A stretch of 64,000 nt of DNA from Thermodesulfobacteriota bacterium (GTDB taxonomy: Bacteria; Desulfobacterota_D; UBA1144; Nemesobacterales; UBA2774): NCBI GenBank assembly GCA_965216785.1, contig OZ244197.1:736001-800000 (forward strand). Direction: 5' to 3'. Positions within the stretch are counted from its first letter, which is position 1. Every line of letters begins with the position of its first letter. The translations under genes and the position numbers were made by a program. This document shows, in pieces, positions 16,873 to 27,357 of this stretch. The notes below the pieces were generated by a model. The model worked only from the letters and a program-made list of their open reading frames with translations, had not been told where the DNA came from and ran no database searches.

Positions 16873-17622
16873 ATGGCGAATCTCATAAAGCTTGAAAATC
16901 TAACAATAGGGTATGAAAAAAAAGCGCTCATTAAAACTTCTGATATATCCATAGACAGTGGACAATTTTGGGGAGTATTAGGGCCTAACGGGAGTGGGAA
17001 GAGCACTCTCCTTAAAACTATACTGGGATTAATACACCCTCTAGCGGGACAAGTTAATTCTAAAAAAGGTATAGTGCTGGGCTACGTTCCGCAGAGTGAA
17101 AAGTTTGACCCCATCTTTCCGGTTTCAGTGTATGAGCTCGTATCTATGGGACGATACAGCAGGGTCTCCCCCGGAAAGAGGCTCGGGATGAGGGATAGAG
17201 AAGCAATAGAGAGATCGATTGAAAAAGCGGGGATATCACACTTATCTAACCGCAAATTCCGCTCGCTTTCGGGAGGAGAGAAGCAGCGCTCGCTCCTCGC
17301 AAGGGCGATTGCTGGGGAGCCCGATATATTAGTACTAGATGAGCCAACGGCGGCGGTAGATATTAAGGGAGAGGCGCAAATAATGAGCCTTGTAAAAGAT
17401 ATAAAAAAGGAGAGCGGGCTTGCGGTTTTAATGGTCAGCCACTTTCTAAACACTATATCCGCATTTTCAGACTATATTATATTGATCGACAAGGACAAGG
17501 AGCTATTTCAGGCAGGCGAGAAGTCCGAAATTCTAAACAGCGAGAACCTGAGCGCGTTCTTCGGGCTGAACCTTGATATGGAGAGAATAAAGGAGATGCA
17601 GGCGATCGACCGCCTGACATAA
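16873..17622 (+). CDS. znuC: Metal ABC transporter ATP-binding protein
   Basis: GPNGSGKSTL, GYVPQ, LSGGEKQR, LVLDEPT; start revised to ATG 16873. Confidence 0.85.
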   Translation: MANLIKLENLTIGYEKKALIKTSDISIDSGQFWGVLGPNGSGKSTLLKTILGLIHPLAGQVNSKKGIVLGYVPQSEKFDPIFPVSVYELVSMGRYSRVSPGKRLGMRDREAIERSIEKAGISHLSNRKFRSLSGGEKQRSLLARAIAGEPDILVLDEPTAAVDIKGEAQIMSLVKDIKKESGLAVLMVSHFLNTISAFSDYIILIDKDKELFQAGEKSEILNSENLSAFFGLNLDMERIKEMQAIDRLT

Positions 17623-17634
17623 TGCTGGACTAAT

Positions 17635-18483
17635 ATGGCAACATTTGCTGAATTTATAAACAGCTACTTTCTATGGAGAGACCCTATGATAGTCGGGGCC
17701 GCCGCGGGTGCTGTGTGCGGTTTTCTCGGAGTATATGTGGTGCTGAGGCGCATAGTGTTCGTAAGCGCGGCGCTTACTCAAATATCGAGCTTCGGCGTTG
17801 GGTTAGCTTTTTATCTTGAAGCATACAGCATAGGGGTTTTCGCCTCATTATTCGATCCCTTTATACTGTCCTTGCTATTGACATGCCTGGCAGCCGTTTT
17901 CTTTTCATCAAAAAGGGATTTCTCACGGATAAGCACGGAAGGCGTTATTGCGTTTGGATTTTTACTGGCCTCGGGAGCAGTAGTTATAATAGGCGACAGG
18001 ATAACAAAAGGGGCGCATGATATAGCAAATATACTTTTCGGAAGCGCCGTTGTAGTTGACCCTTCAGACGTTTTGATAATACCCTCTGTTGCGCTTGCAG
18101 TATTTATAATTCACCTGATCTACTATAAAGATTTTGTATTCGTATCCTTTGACACCGAGACCGCGAAACTGTTTAAATATCCTGTAAGGCTGCTGAACAC
18201 CGGCCTCCTTATTACCATTGCAGTAGTAGTGGCTGTATCAACCAGAGCTCTCGGCGCGCTTCCCGTGTTTGCGTTATTAGCACTGCCGGCGCTTTCGTCG
18301 CTGCTCATAACGGAAAATCTGAAACTCGTTTTTATACTCTCCATAGTTATAGGAATCTTATCAGCAACTTTAGGCTACTTTTTCTCGTTTATTTTTTCAC
18401 TCCCGACAGGAGCGTCGATGACTGTTTGTGCGGCAATCTTTTTTCTTGTAGCGCTTGGGTTAAGGGAGTTAAGAGCAAGGTAA
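17635..18483 (+). CDS. znuB: Metal ABC transporter permease
   Basis: GFLGVYVVLRR, ILFGS, SFDTETA; ABC-3 family. Confidence 0.85.
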   Translation: MATFAEFINSYFLWRDPMIVGAAAGAVCGFLGVYVVLRRIVFVSAALTQISSFGVGLAFYLEAYSIGVFASLFDPFILSLLLTCLAAVFFSSKRDFSRISTEGVIAFGFLLASGAVVIIGDRITKGAHDIANILFGSAVVVDPSDVLIIPSVALAVFIIHLIYYKDFVFVSFDTETAKLFKYPVRLLNTGLLITIAVVVAVSTRALGALPVFALLALPALSSLLITENLKLVFILSIVIGILSATLGYFFSFIFSLPTGASMTVCAAIFFLVALGLRELRAR

Positions 18484-19023
18484 ATGAATATGCAAAGGGA
18501 ATACTTCATGGTCATGAGAATAGTACACGTACAGATAATTTTGATAATAACAGTATTATTTATAGGCTGTGCTCAATATGAAACCGCCATAGAGAAGCTG
18601 GAATGGTTAGAGCCCGACACATTTACATGCGACGTAGTGCAGGTCAGTAGCGGAGACACCTTCCTCTGCAGATTTCCAGACCTTGAAATCGATACAATCA
18701 GACTCGCCGGGATAAAAATTCCGGATAACAAAAAAAAGGAAGCTGAAATATTCACAAAGTCGGTACTAAAAAGAGGAACACTCGTAAATATAGAGCCTCA
18801 CAGGCAACAAAGAGCCGGATACGGCGGTATTTCAGCCTATGTATATGTACCGGGAGGAAAGATACTGAATATGCTTCTGTTAGAGAAAGGATACGCAGGA
18901 GTCGCCCGGGACGAGGTAAACGAAAAATACAAAGCGGAATTCATTAAAATAGAGGATAATAGGAGCGAGGAGACAGGGCTTATAGAAGAAGTAGAAACTG
19001 AAAAGAAACCCTGGGTTAAGTAA
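18484..19023 (+). CDS. Thermonuclease (SNase)-fold lipoprotein with degenerate active site
   Basis: Lipobox FIGC; GDT, IRLAGI, AYVY, LNMLLLEKGYA; true start probably 18508 or 18514. Confidence 0.75.
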   Translation: MNMQREYFMVMRIVHVQIILIITVLFIGCAQYETAIEKLEWLEPDTFTCDVVQVSSGDTFLCRFPDLEIDTIRLAGIKIPDNKKKEAEIFTKSVLKRGTLVNIEPHRQQRAGYGGISAYVYVPGGKILNMLLLEKGYAGVARDEVNEKYKAEFIKIEDNRSEETGLIEEVETEKKPWVK

Positions 19024-19052
19024 TATGCAATTAATACGTAAACACTTCTTAA

Positions 19053-19313
19053 TCAGGAAAGTGATTCCAGTGATATTGACTCATCAATCAGTAAAATCGG
19101 TATTCCGTCCCTTATTGGATAGAGGTATTTACGGTCGTCCTTTTGTATGAGCCCGCCGTTTATTTTCTCTCCGACATTTTGCCCGGAGCGGTTTTTTAGC
19201 TCCCCTTCTTCTATAAGAAGATTAATCTTATCAATAAGATCAGGCTCCGCAATCACCAAATCCTGCTTGGTCTCGGGGCAGGCAACTATTTTTAACAAAT
19301 CCTCGCTTATCAT
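19053..19313 (-). CDS. Trm112/YcaR family protein
   Basis: LLKIVACPETKQDL...YPIRDGIPILL. Confidence 0.9.
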   Translation of the reverse strand: MISEDLLKIVACPETKQDLVIAEPDLIDKINLLIEEGELKNRSGQNVGEKINGGLIQKDDRKYLYPIRDGIPILLIDESISLESLS

Positions 19314-19421
19314 ACTTAAATCCGTGGCCGCAAATTGAGTTTGTAAGAAAATATAATTGGATTACAGTACATGGTAATTTAGAATACATTACATATATCA
19401 AACTCAAAGGGAGCTAAGAAA

Positions 19422-20297
19422 ATGAGAAGAACAATATTGCTGTCATTATTAAGTATTTTCACTCTTGTAGCCGTAGGAATTACGGGATGCAAACAAGAAA
19501 CAGGCGACGCAAGCAAAGAGGCTGTTGAGGATACAGCCGCAGTACAGCAAAACAACCCTGCACCTGAAACCCAAGTTGAAGAGCCTAAGGTAATAATTGA
19601 AGCAGGGGAAAGATCCCCCGCTTTCCCGGGTGCAAAAGCACTATTTGCAAATATAAAAGACGGAGATGTCCTGGAAGACAATAACGTCTCTGTAGTAGTG
19701 GACGTACAGAACTATGAGCTTGGCATACAAACAGATACCGAAAGGGCCTCTGAAATCGCAAACTCCGCAAAAGGGCAGCACGCTCATATAATTCTAGATA
19801 ACGATCCCTACTTTGCCGATTATGAAGCCGGAGTGCCCTTTGATATAGGTACGCTTGATGAAGGCGCTCATACGATCCTGGTGTTTCCGAGCCGCTCCTA
19901 TCATGAGAGCGTAAAATCAGAAGGATCTGTGGATATAGTAAATTTTTACATCGGCAAGGAAGACGGGGAGTTTATGCTCGACAAATCAAAACCTACTATC
20001 ATTTACAGCAGGCCGAAAGGCAAATATGAGGGTAAGGACGCAGAAAAGATTATGCTCGATTTTTACCTTATTAATGCTGAGCTTGGCGATGATTACAATG
20101 CTAAATACACAATCCGTAAAAATGTAGCGGACGCTGTGGAGCATTCAATCACTATGACGGAATGGACCCCCGCGTTTGTAAGTGGTCTAAGTAGCGGAGA
20201 GTATGTTATTACTCTTCAGCTTTTAGATAAAGACGGGAACCTGGTTGATGGACCTTTTAACAATACCCAAAGAACAATTTCCGTTGTTACTGAATAG
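19422..20297 (+). CDS. Uncharacterised lipoprotein with His-containing putative metal site
   Basis: Lipobox ITGC; GQHAHIILDN, GAHT, SRSYHESVK; two related beta-rich domains. Confidence 0.7.
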   Translation: MRRTILLSLLSIFTLVAVGITGCKQETGDASKEAVEDTAAVQQNNPAPETQVEEPKVIIEAGERSPAFPGAKALFANIKDGDVLEDNNVSVVVDVQNYELGIQTDTERASEIANSAKGQHAHIILDNDPYFADYEAGVPFDIGTLDEGAHTILVFPSRSYHESVKSEGSVDIVNFYIGKEDGEFMLDKSKPTIIYSRPKGKYEGKDAEKIMLDFYLINAELGDDYNAKYTIRKNVADAVEHSITMTEWTPAFVSGLSSGEYVITLQLLDKDGNLVDGPFNNTQRTISVVTE

Positions 20298-20322
20298 TGT
20301 GGAAGGATTAAGACTGGCGTAG

Positions 20323-20370
20323 AAAAAAAATGAAGGGGAGATCCTGCTTAGAATCTCCCCATAACTTTTC
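20323..20370. terminator. Bidirectional terminator between convergent genes
   Basis: GGGGAGAT/ATCTCCCC stem with flanking A and T runs. Confidence 0.65.
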
Positions 20371-20386
20371 TAATTATCAGACCGAA

Positions 20387-21019
20387 CTAGTTAACATAAA
20401 GAACCCAGGCGCCCTGATCGCCCTGGATCTTACCCTGGAGCTCTACACTATTCCTGTCTGAAGTAGCTTCTAATTTACTTATTGCCTCTTCTGACCCATG
20501 TAAAGCATAAACCTGACCGCCGCTTGTGGTAACAACGTGAAGGTGCTGATCCTTCTCACCACAAGGCGATGTTGCTACAACAGGCTGTACGCTTCCGTCC
20601 TCATAATTCGGTAGCAAGCATACTAATGTGCCAGATACAGAAGCTTCCTTTGCGCCCGATTCGTCAAGCGCTGAAGCCGTTCCGAGAATCCAACCCCTGG
20701 TATGTCCGGCGATTTCACCGCTTACAGTCTGCTTTCCGCCTTTCATACCCTTCATATCGTCCTTCTTAGCAGCAACCGCCGCCGCTTTGTCGGACCCGAC
20801 CATGACTACTGTGCCTGTACACTCGGTAAACTCGGCCATTGTCTGAACATTGCCTTCCTCGTCTACCTGTACACAGATTAACGTACCTTCCATAGCCGCC
20901 ATCTTATCACCGTCTTTCATACTATCATCGGCTTTTCCCTCGTGCTGGGCAGCAAAAACCGGAAGTGCTAATGTAAGAGCTAATACTAACATTGATAATG
21001 TTAAAGCTCCTCTCAACAT
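20387..21019 (-). CDS. Exported hypothetical protein with two internally repeated domains
   Basis: Signal peptide; repeats GTLIC...GEIAGHTRGWIL and GTLVC...GKIQGDQGAWVL; AGGAGG SD. Confidence 0.7.
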   Translation of the reverse strand: MLRGALTLSMLVLALTLALPVFAAQHEGKADDSMKDGDKMAAMEGTLICVQVDEEGNVQTMAEFTECTGTVVMVGSDKAAAVAAKKDDMKGMKGGKQTVSGEIAGHTRGWILGTASALDESGAKEASVSGTLVCLLPNYEDGSVQPVVATSPCGEKDQHLHVVTTSGGQVYALHGSEEAISKLEATSDRNSVELQGKIQGDQGAWVLYVN

Positions 21020-21268
21020 ATTTACGTACCTCCTAAGGTTTTTTGTTCCACATAATATCTAAACACATGATATTATCCATTACAAGCAGAATTATTCCCC
21101 CCTCTAATTCAGAATATTTTATAATAAAAACGGGGAAGAAATCCTAATTATAGGAACATACTGTAATTAGATTATAAAATCTTAGATTTGGATGCGTAAT
21201 ATTTTTTATTTACAAACAGGAAGTTTATGGGATAATATTAGGGAAATTGGGAATTTAGGGAGATTAGT

Positions 21269-21508
21269 ATGTCACAGAAATGTATGATCACAGGTAAAGC
21301 ACCGCTAACAGGCAACCATGTGTCTCACGCGAATAATAAGGTTAAGCGCCGTCAAAACCCTAACCTTCATTGGAAGCACATCTTTGTCCCTGAACTTAAC
21401 CGTACGGTCAGAATCAGGATTTCCACCCGTGCACTCAGAACTATAAATAAAAAGGGTCTCCTGCCTTTTCTCAAAGATAACGGCCTTAAGCTTAAGGACC
21501 TTACTTAG
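21269..21508 (+). CDS. rpmB: 50S ribosomal protein L28
   Basis: MSQKCMITGK...GNHVSHANNKVKRRQNPNLH. Confidence 0.96.
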   Translation: MSQKCMITGKAPLTGNHVSHANNKVKRRQNPNLHWKHIFVPELNRTVRIRISTRALRTINKKGLLPFLKDNGLKLKDLT

Positions 21509-21546
21509 CTTTTATACTAACAATACACCATCCTTTAGGGCAAATT

Positions 21547-21984
21547 ATGAAATCTGGAAAGACAGATTACGCCTATTTGCTTACGCGCGCAACAAAAAGT
21601 GCGGGCTCAATTCTTAAAGATACCAACAAATTGAACCGCCTTGTCGATAGTGCTACGCTCAGCATAGACTCAGGCGTAAGCCGTATGAACGGCGTAAAGA
21701 GCGATCTCAGCACGCTTCTGAGCTTGATAAAAGCATGGGCGAGAGGTGATTACACAGGGGTATCAAAAACTACTCTGCTTCTGAGCGCGGGAGCAGTCGT
21801 ATATTTCGTGAACCCCATGGACGCAATACCCGACATTCTGCCTGCTACAGGCCTGTTGGACGACGCCACTGTAATAGGGATAGTTATTACTTCTATAAAG
21901 AAAGATATCGAAAGCTTCAAGCTCTGGGAATCAGCCCGGACTGATATTGCAACGTCTAAACAACCTGAATCCGTACCCACTTAA
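21547..21984 (+). CDS. YkvA/DUF1232 family protein
   Basis: YFVNPMDAIPDILPATGLLDD motif. Confidence 0.88.
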   Translation: MKSGKTDYAYLLTRATKSAGSILKDTNKLNRLVDSATLSIDSGVSRMNGVKSDLSTLLSLIKAWARGDYTGVSKTTLLLSAGAVVYFVNPMDAIPDILPATGLLDDATVIGIVITSIKKDIESFKLWESARTDIATSKQPESVPT

Positions 21985-21992
21985 CCACTCAG

Positions 21993-23945
21993 CTATTCAT
22001 TATCTTCATACTTCTCTTTGAGTTCCTTTACGACACTCGGGTCGGCAAGTGTTGTCGTATCACCCAGAACCGAGCCTTCGGCTATATTTCTTAGGAGCCT
22101 TCTCATTATCTTACCGCTACGTGTTTTGGGCAGCTCAGCTGTGAATATAATTTCATCTGGCCTTGCAATGGCCCCGATCTTCTTGGCCACGTGCTGCCTT
22201 AATTCTGCTACCAGCCGGGAGCTTGTCTCTATCCCTTTCTTGAGGGTTGTAAATGCTACAACGGCCTGGCCCTTAATTGGGTCCGCCCTTCCCACAACTG
22301 CTGCTTCTACTACTGATGGATGATCCACGAGAGCGCTTTCCACTTCCATGGTACTTAAGCGATGGCCGGCCACGTTCATGACGTCGTCCACTCTGCCAAG
22401 TACCCATATACAACCGTCTTTGTCACGCTTTGCGCCGTCTCCCGTAAAATAAATATCCGGGTATTTGCTCCAATACTGTTCTTTATAGCGTCCGTGGTCG
22501 CCGTAGATAGTCCTCAGCATAGAAGGCCAGGGACTCTTAATGACGAGATATCCCGCCCCCTCCTTAACGGTTTTACCTTCTTCGTCAACAACATCGGCAT
22601 CAATTGTAGGGAACGGGACTGTAGCTGAGCCTGGCTTCGTCTTGGTTACTCCGGGCAGAGGAGTAATCAGTATAGAACCCGTTTCTGTCTGCCACCATGT
22701 GTCAACGATCGGACATTTTTTATCGCCTATATGCGTATGGTACCAAACCCAGGCTTCGGGGTTGATCGGCTCTCCGACCGAGCCCAGAAGACGAAGCGAG
22801 CTGAGGTCGTACTTCTTGGGGTGCTCCTCTCCCCACCTCATAAACGCTCTTATCGCAGTGGGTGCAGTATATAGAATATTAACAGCGTATTTTTCCACTA
22901 TAGCCCAGAACCTGCCTATATCCGGGTAATCGGGTGCTCCCTCGTACATTAAAGACGTTGCCCCATTGGCAAGCGGGCCGTAAATAATATAGCTGTGCCC
23001 GGTTACCCAGCCTATGTCTGCAGTGCACCAATACGTGTCCTCGTCTTTCATATCAAAGACCCATTTTGTCGTGGCGTATGCCCCCACCAGGTAGCCCCCT
23101 GTGGTGTGGACAATACCCTTGGGCTTACCCGTAGTTCCGCTCGTATAGAGTACGAAAAGCATGTCTTCGCTGTCCATTCTCTCGGGGACGCAGTAAGCCG
23201 CCGCCTCATCCATGAGCTCATGCCACCAGTAGTCTCTTCCCCTTTTCATTTTTATTCTGGCTCTGCTTCCGACTCTGTCAACCACGACAACTTTTTTGAT
23301 GCTTTTAGCTTTCTTTAGCGCCTCGTCAGCGTTCTTCTTAAGAGGTACTATTTTCCCCCTTCTGTAGCCGCCGTCCGAGGTAATAAGTACTTTAGATTTG
23401 GAATCTTTTATCCTGTCGCTCAGGCTCTCGGGGCTGAATCCGCCGAACACTATGCTGTGCGGGGCACCTATCCTTGCACAGGCTAGCATCGCAATCGCAA
23501 GCTCGGGAACCATGGGCAGATATATCGTCACGACGTCGCCCTTTTTTACTCCAAGCCCTTTTAAGACATTGGCAAATTTATTTACCTCCCTGTAGAGCTC
23601 CCAATATGTAAGTGTGACAGTCTTTCCGAATTCCCCCTCCCAGATGATCGCTGCTTTATTCTTTCTGTGTGTAGTTATATGGCGGTCAAGACAGTTATAA
23701 GAAACATTAATCTTCCCTCCGAGGAACCACTTGGCATGAGGAGGCTTCCAGCTTAGCACCTTCCTCCATTTCTTAAACCAATCGAGCTCTTTCGCAAAGT
23801 CCTCCCAGAATTTCTCAGGGTTGCGCTTTGCCTTCCTATATACAGCATCTGAGCTGACATGCGCTTTCTCTTTGAATTTCTTACTCGGAGAAAATGTGCG
23901 TTTCTCTTTAAGCAGTGACTCGATAGTTTTTTCTTTTTTAGCCAT
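21993..23945 (-). CDS. acs: Acetyl-CoA synthetase (AMP-forming)
   Basis: [42 protein letters not shown]. Confidence 0.97.
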   Translation of the reverse strand: MAKKEKTIESLLKEKRTFSPSKKFKEKAHVSSDAVYRKAKRNPEKFWEDFAKELDWFKKWRKVLSWKPPHAKWFLGGKINVSYNCLDRHITTHRKNKAAIIWEGEFGKTVTLTYWELYREVNKFANVLKGLGVKKGDVVTIYLPMVPELAIAMLACARIGAPHSIVFGGFSPESLSDRIKDSKSKVLITSDGGYRRGKIVPLKKNADEALKKAKSIKKVVVVDRVGSRARIKMKRGRDYWWHELMDEAAAYCVPERMDSEDMLFVLYTSGTTGKPKGIVHTTGGYLVGAYATTKWVFDMKDEDTYWCTADIGWVTGHSYIIYGPLANGATSLMYEGAPDYPDIGRFWAIVEKYAVNILYTAPTAIRAFMRWGEEHPKKYDLSSLRLLGSVGEPINPEAWVWYHTHIGDKKCPIVDTWWQTETGSILITPLPGVTKTKPGSATVPFPTIDADVVDEEGKTVKEGAGYLVIKSPWPSMLRTIYGDHGRYKEQYWSKYPDIYFTGDGAKRDKDGCIWVLGRVDDVMNVAGHRLSTMEVESALVDHPSVVEAAVVGRADPIKGQAVVAFTTLKKGIETSSRLVAELRQHVAKKIGAIARPDEIIFTAELPKTRSGKIMRRLLRNIAEGSVLGDTTTLADPSVVKELKEKYEDNE

Positions 23946-24101
23946 TGGTGCCCCCTATGGTGAATTGTAAGGAAGTAAGTTACTCAATAGTAACAAATAA
24001 AGGATTGGATTTGAAGCCTATGTTATGAAAGCGCCCGCGCATACTCCCATGAAATAGCTTTGAGACAAATGCAGTAACCTCTAATATTGTTAAAGGAATA
24101 T

Positions 24102-24138
24102 AAAAAAAGCCCCTTACTCACTAGAAGCAAGGGGCTTT
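24102..24138 (-). terminator. Intrinsic terminator of the IPTL-CTERM beta-propeller gene
   Basis: AAAGCCCCTT/AAGGGGCTTT stem with upstream A-run. Confidence 0.75.
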
Positions 24139-24174
24139 GGTCTTTTCTAAATTAGGTTATTTCTGTTAAGTCCT

Positions 24175-25371
24175 TTAGGCTTTCAAAGCGCGTTTTCTCA
24201 TGACTACAAAACCTACCATTCCGAGGGCCAGAGCCATAGCGATAAGTCCCCACTCAGATAATGTCGGGATTTGAGCAACACTTTCTTTGACGCCTTCTAT
24301 TGCCATCGAGCCTTGGAACTCAGGATTAAAACCAATACCGAGGGAGTCATAAAAATCTTCAACCTCACTATCTGAAACGAATATCGATGTTCTACCGTTT
24401 TTCACAAGCACTATATTGGGCTGATCACCGCCACCGTCTTCCCCGAGATATAAGTTATTCCGTTTATCCGCTGCGATTCCTCCCTCTAGGTCCGCTCCGC
24501 TTTCACCTGTCGCGTCAGTAATCTGGTCTTCTGTAACGAACACATTTGCCTGACCACTTACTGGGTTTACAACCAGCACGCAATCGCATTCTTCGTCATC
24601 CATTACATATAAAATGCCCTTTAAAACCATTCCCACGTCAAGATCATGTTGAGTTACTCCGGTCGCAGCTATTAACTGCTGTTGGGTGGTTAAGATCGAA
24701 AGACCGCTAACAGGCGAGTATTTAAATATCACGTTATTCAGGTCATTGGTGCTATCGTCGTTTGCAAAGTAGATATTGCCGAACTGATCTACGGAAAGAC
24801 CACTGTCAAGGTCTATATTGGCACCAGGTCCGAGCAGAGCTTCTATTTGGTTCTCTGTAACAACTTGGGTGATGGGTCCAAGCGGAACCGGAATACGCAG
24901 TATCGAGTTACTATCGGAGTCGTTCACATAGAGCGCGCCGTCAGGGCCGAACGCCATACCGTTTTCAAGATCAATTTCAGCAGCGCCTTGAATTGCGGCT
25001 AAGAGCTGTGCGGGGCTCGCGAACTGACTAAGTGTCCCATCGGGTGTTGCCATTAAAATACTGCCAACATCAGGATCAGTAGCACTTAAATGATCCAAGC
25101 TGAAAAAGACGTTACCCGCCATGTCTACTGCGAGGCCCGTGTTTTCACAACTGTTGCTGCCTAATCCGGTTACGGCCTCGATTTCGGCAGGGGATATAAA
25201 CTGAGAGAGGCTACCGTCCGGTTCGACTTTCAGAATCGAGCACTCGTCATTGTTTTCGGACGTGTTACCATTGTCAACCTGAACAAACAAGTCACCGTCG
25301 GCCGCAAGAGCGCCCGGGATAAATACCACTGCTAAAAGTAAAACTGTTAAAATACTCGTAAGCTTTTTCAT
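24175..25371 (-). CDS. IPTL-CTERM surface protein with acidic beta-propeller-like repeats
   Basis: Start revised to MKKLTS (ATG 25371, AGGAGG SD); repeats GLAVDMAGNVFF/GMAFGPDGALYV/GLSVDQFGNIYF; C-terminal IPTLSEWG-TM-RKR. Confidence 0.82.
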   Translation of the reverse strand: MKKLTSILTVLLLAVVFIPGALAADGDLFVQVDNGNTSENNDECSILKVEPDGSLSQFISPAEIEAVTGLGSNSCENTGLAVDMAGNVFFSLDHLSATDPDVGSILMATPDGTLSQFASPAQLLAAIQGAAEIDLENGMAFGPDGALYVNDSDSNSILRIPVPLGPITQVVTENQIEALLGPGANIDLDSGLSVDQFGNIYFANDDSTNDLNNVIFKYSPVSGLSILTTQQQLIAATGVTQHDLDVGMVLKGILYVMDDEECDCVLVVNPVSGQANVFVTEDQITDATGESGADLEGGIAADKRNNLYLGEDGGGDQPNIVLVKNGRTSIFVSDSEVEDFYDSLGIGFNPEFQGSMAIEGVKESVAQIPTLSEWGLIAMALALGMVGFVVMRKRALKA

Positions 25372-25556
25372 GTTTCCTCCTTTAAGACACACCTCTAGAT
25401 TCTAGTGATTTAATAAAACTCATTATATCACAGATATAAATGCATTCAATAGCTAATTTAGGGGCACAAAAACCCTTTCTTTCTAGTGAGTTAAGAGCTT
25501 TTGTTATGATTCCTCTACTGTTTATTTCAAACATAAGCCACTGTAACAGCAAATAA

Positions 25557-27311
25557 TTATTTATCTGAACGCTCAAAGAAAGGAGGGGGCAGCAGAGGGA
25601 GTTTCTCCTTTTTAGAAGAGGTACGCTGAAACTCCATCTCGGACACTAAAATACTGGGAGCAATTGTAGAAATCGGCACGTAGCCAGACTCCGCTCCGCA
25701 AAATCCGTTAAATACAGCGTAGTCCTCGCCCGTAGCGATGATTTTGTTTATCGACACAAGAGGGGTTCCTACCATTTCTATATCCCTCACGGGGGTTTCC
25801 TCCCCAGTCTTGGGGTCTACCTTGTATATAACGGCGGGAGTGGCCCTGAACGCCTGGAAATTGTAAGAGGAAGTATTGGTCTCACCACCCTCCATTTTCT
25901 TTATTAATAGGCCAAAGGGTTTTTGCTGGCGTTTTACTTCCTTGATGAGGAGCTCTTTTAACTCCTCATTTGTGTGGGTGCTTTTAGATTCGATAATAGT
26001 ATTACTCATCCTTGCAATGGGCGCTCTGCCATAAGAGGCCCTACCGTGACCGTTTGAGCGCTGGAATCCGTTTACAGGGGTTCTTGATAGCAGGAAGTTT
26101 CTGAGCACTCCGTCCTCTACGAGCACGACCCTTTGTCCCGGTACGCCCTGGTCGTCAAACGGGTAATAGCCCATCAGATGCGTACCCTCAAAACTCTTAA
26201 GTGTCGGATCGTCAATAATGGATAGAAACTGCGGTATCACTTTCTCGCCAACTTTATTTCTGAATGTCTGCCCCTCGTTATCGTCTATCTGCCTCTCGCC
26301 TTCGAGTCGGTGCCCAACGGCTTCGTGGAACACTACTCCTGCGGCCTCGGGCTCCAGCAGCGCGGGCACGCTGAGGGGCTGAAGCACCTGGGCGTCTCTC
26401 ATACGGATAGTCTCGTCCACCATATCTTTTAACATAGATTTTAAGTCCTTAAGCGGGGGTATGTCTTCTGGGGTAACGTAGTAAAGGTTTCTGTAATTGG
26501 ATATTTCCTTCCCGTCTTTTGCCCTGGCTGACACCTGGGCGTCTATAGAGTAAAGCACCTCATCCCTCACATAACGGGTCCCTTCTGTATTGACGAAATA
26601 AACAGTTTCTTTTTGAGCCGTGACGACAACGTCGCCGTTTATGAGTTCTTTATAATTTTTATAAACCGCGGATAAATCCCTTACCCTGTTTTCCCAAAGG
26701 GCTGTATCGAACGTAAGATTGAGCTCGGGGCCGAAAAAAGTATGTCTGTCTTCCTTTGTGAAACTCTTTATATCCTCATCCTTAACCTCATGAACTATAG
26801 TGGCTTTCTTATTGAAGTACTGAGTTAGGGCTTCTTTGTACGCGTGATCCGTTACCTGCCACAGTACCGCCCTGATGGCATCGGGATCATTATCAAGAGG
26901 AACGGAAGAGGCGTCGTGGAAGGGGACGACACCGCCCGAGCGGCCCTTTATGGAGTTATCGAACTCATAGTCCCCTACGCGTACGTCTACATAGAGGCGT
27001 CTTATCCTGTTTGTGTCCGAGTCTACTATCGCTCCGTACTTGCCCTGAATGCTCGTGTAGGAGTTGTCTTTTATTTGATAGCTTATGAAATAGGGCGCTT
27101 CATACCCCTCTAATTTCAGCTTTGTTTGAGAGCGCTCGAGCTCATCCGACATTGCGTTTATTACAATGACATCGCTCCTTTCTTCACTTTCTTTCGCCTG
27201 TAAAGAGAATGCGCCTTGAGGAATAAACAATGCTGTAATTAATAGGAGAGTGAATATAGAATGTGATATAGGCCTAATAGAGCACATATATAAAAAGGTT
27301 AGCTTTGACAC
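25557..27311 (-). CDS. TldD/PmbA family metalloprotease with predicted signal peptide
   Basis: VFHEAVGHRLEG HExxxH, DDPT, DDQGV, SNGHGR, RMSN, GFCGAESGYVP; start may be 27287. Confidence 0.85.
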   Translation of the reverse strand: MSKLTFLYMCSIRPISHSIFTLLLITALFIPQGAFSLQAKESEERSDVIVINAMSDELERSQTKLKLEGYEAPYFISYQIKDNSYTSIQGKYGAIVDSDTNRIRRLYVDVRVGDYEFDNSIKGRSGGVVPFHDASSVPLDNDPDAIRAVLWQVTDHAYKEALTQYFNKKATIVHEVKDEDIKSFTKEDRHTFFGPELNLTFDTALWENRVRDLSAVYKNYKELINGDVVVTAQKETVYFVNTEGTRYVRDEVLYSIDAQVSARAKDGKEISNYRNLYYVTPEDIPPLKDLKSMLKDMVDETIRMRDAQVLQPLSVPALLEPEAAGVVFHEAVGHRLEGERQIDDNEGQTFRNKVGEKVIPQFLSIIDDPTLKSFEGTHLMGYYPFDDQGVPGQRVVLVEDGVLRNFLLSRTPVNGFQRSNGHGRASYGRAPIARMSNTIIESKSTHTNEELKELLIKEVKRQQKPFGLLIKKMEGGETNTSSYNFQAFRATPAVIYKVDPKTGEETPVRDIEMVGTPLVSINKIIATGEDYAVFNGFCGAESGYVPISTIAPSILVSEMEFQRTSSKKEKLPLLPPPFFERSDK

Positions 27312-27357
27312 CGGAGTATGTAAAGTAAATTCATATACCGCACCCTCAAATAACCTC

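Noticed and set aside
21269-21508. rpmB as a Zur-regulated zinc-free ribosomal protein paralog
   Set aside because: It lacks a CxxC, but that form is the ordinary one in many bacteria, and no match to the 10942-10964 palindrome is visible upstream.
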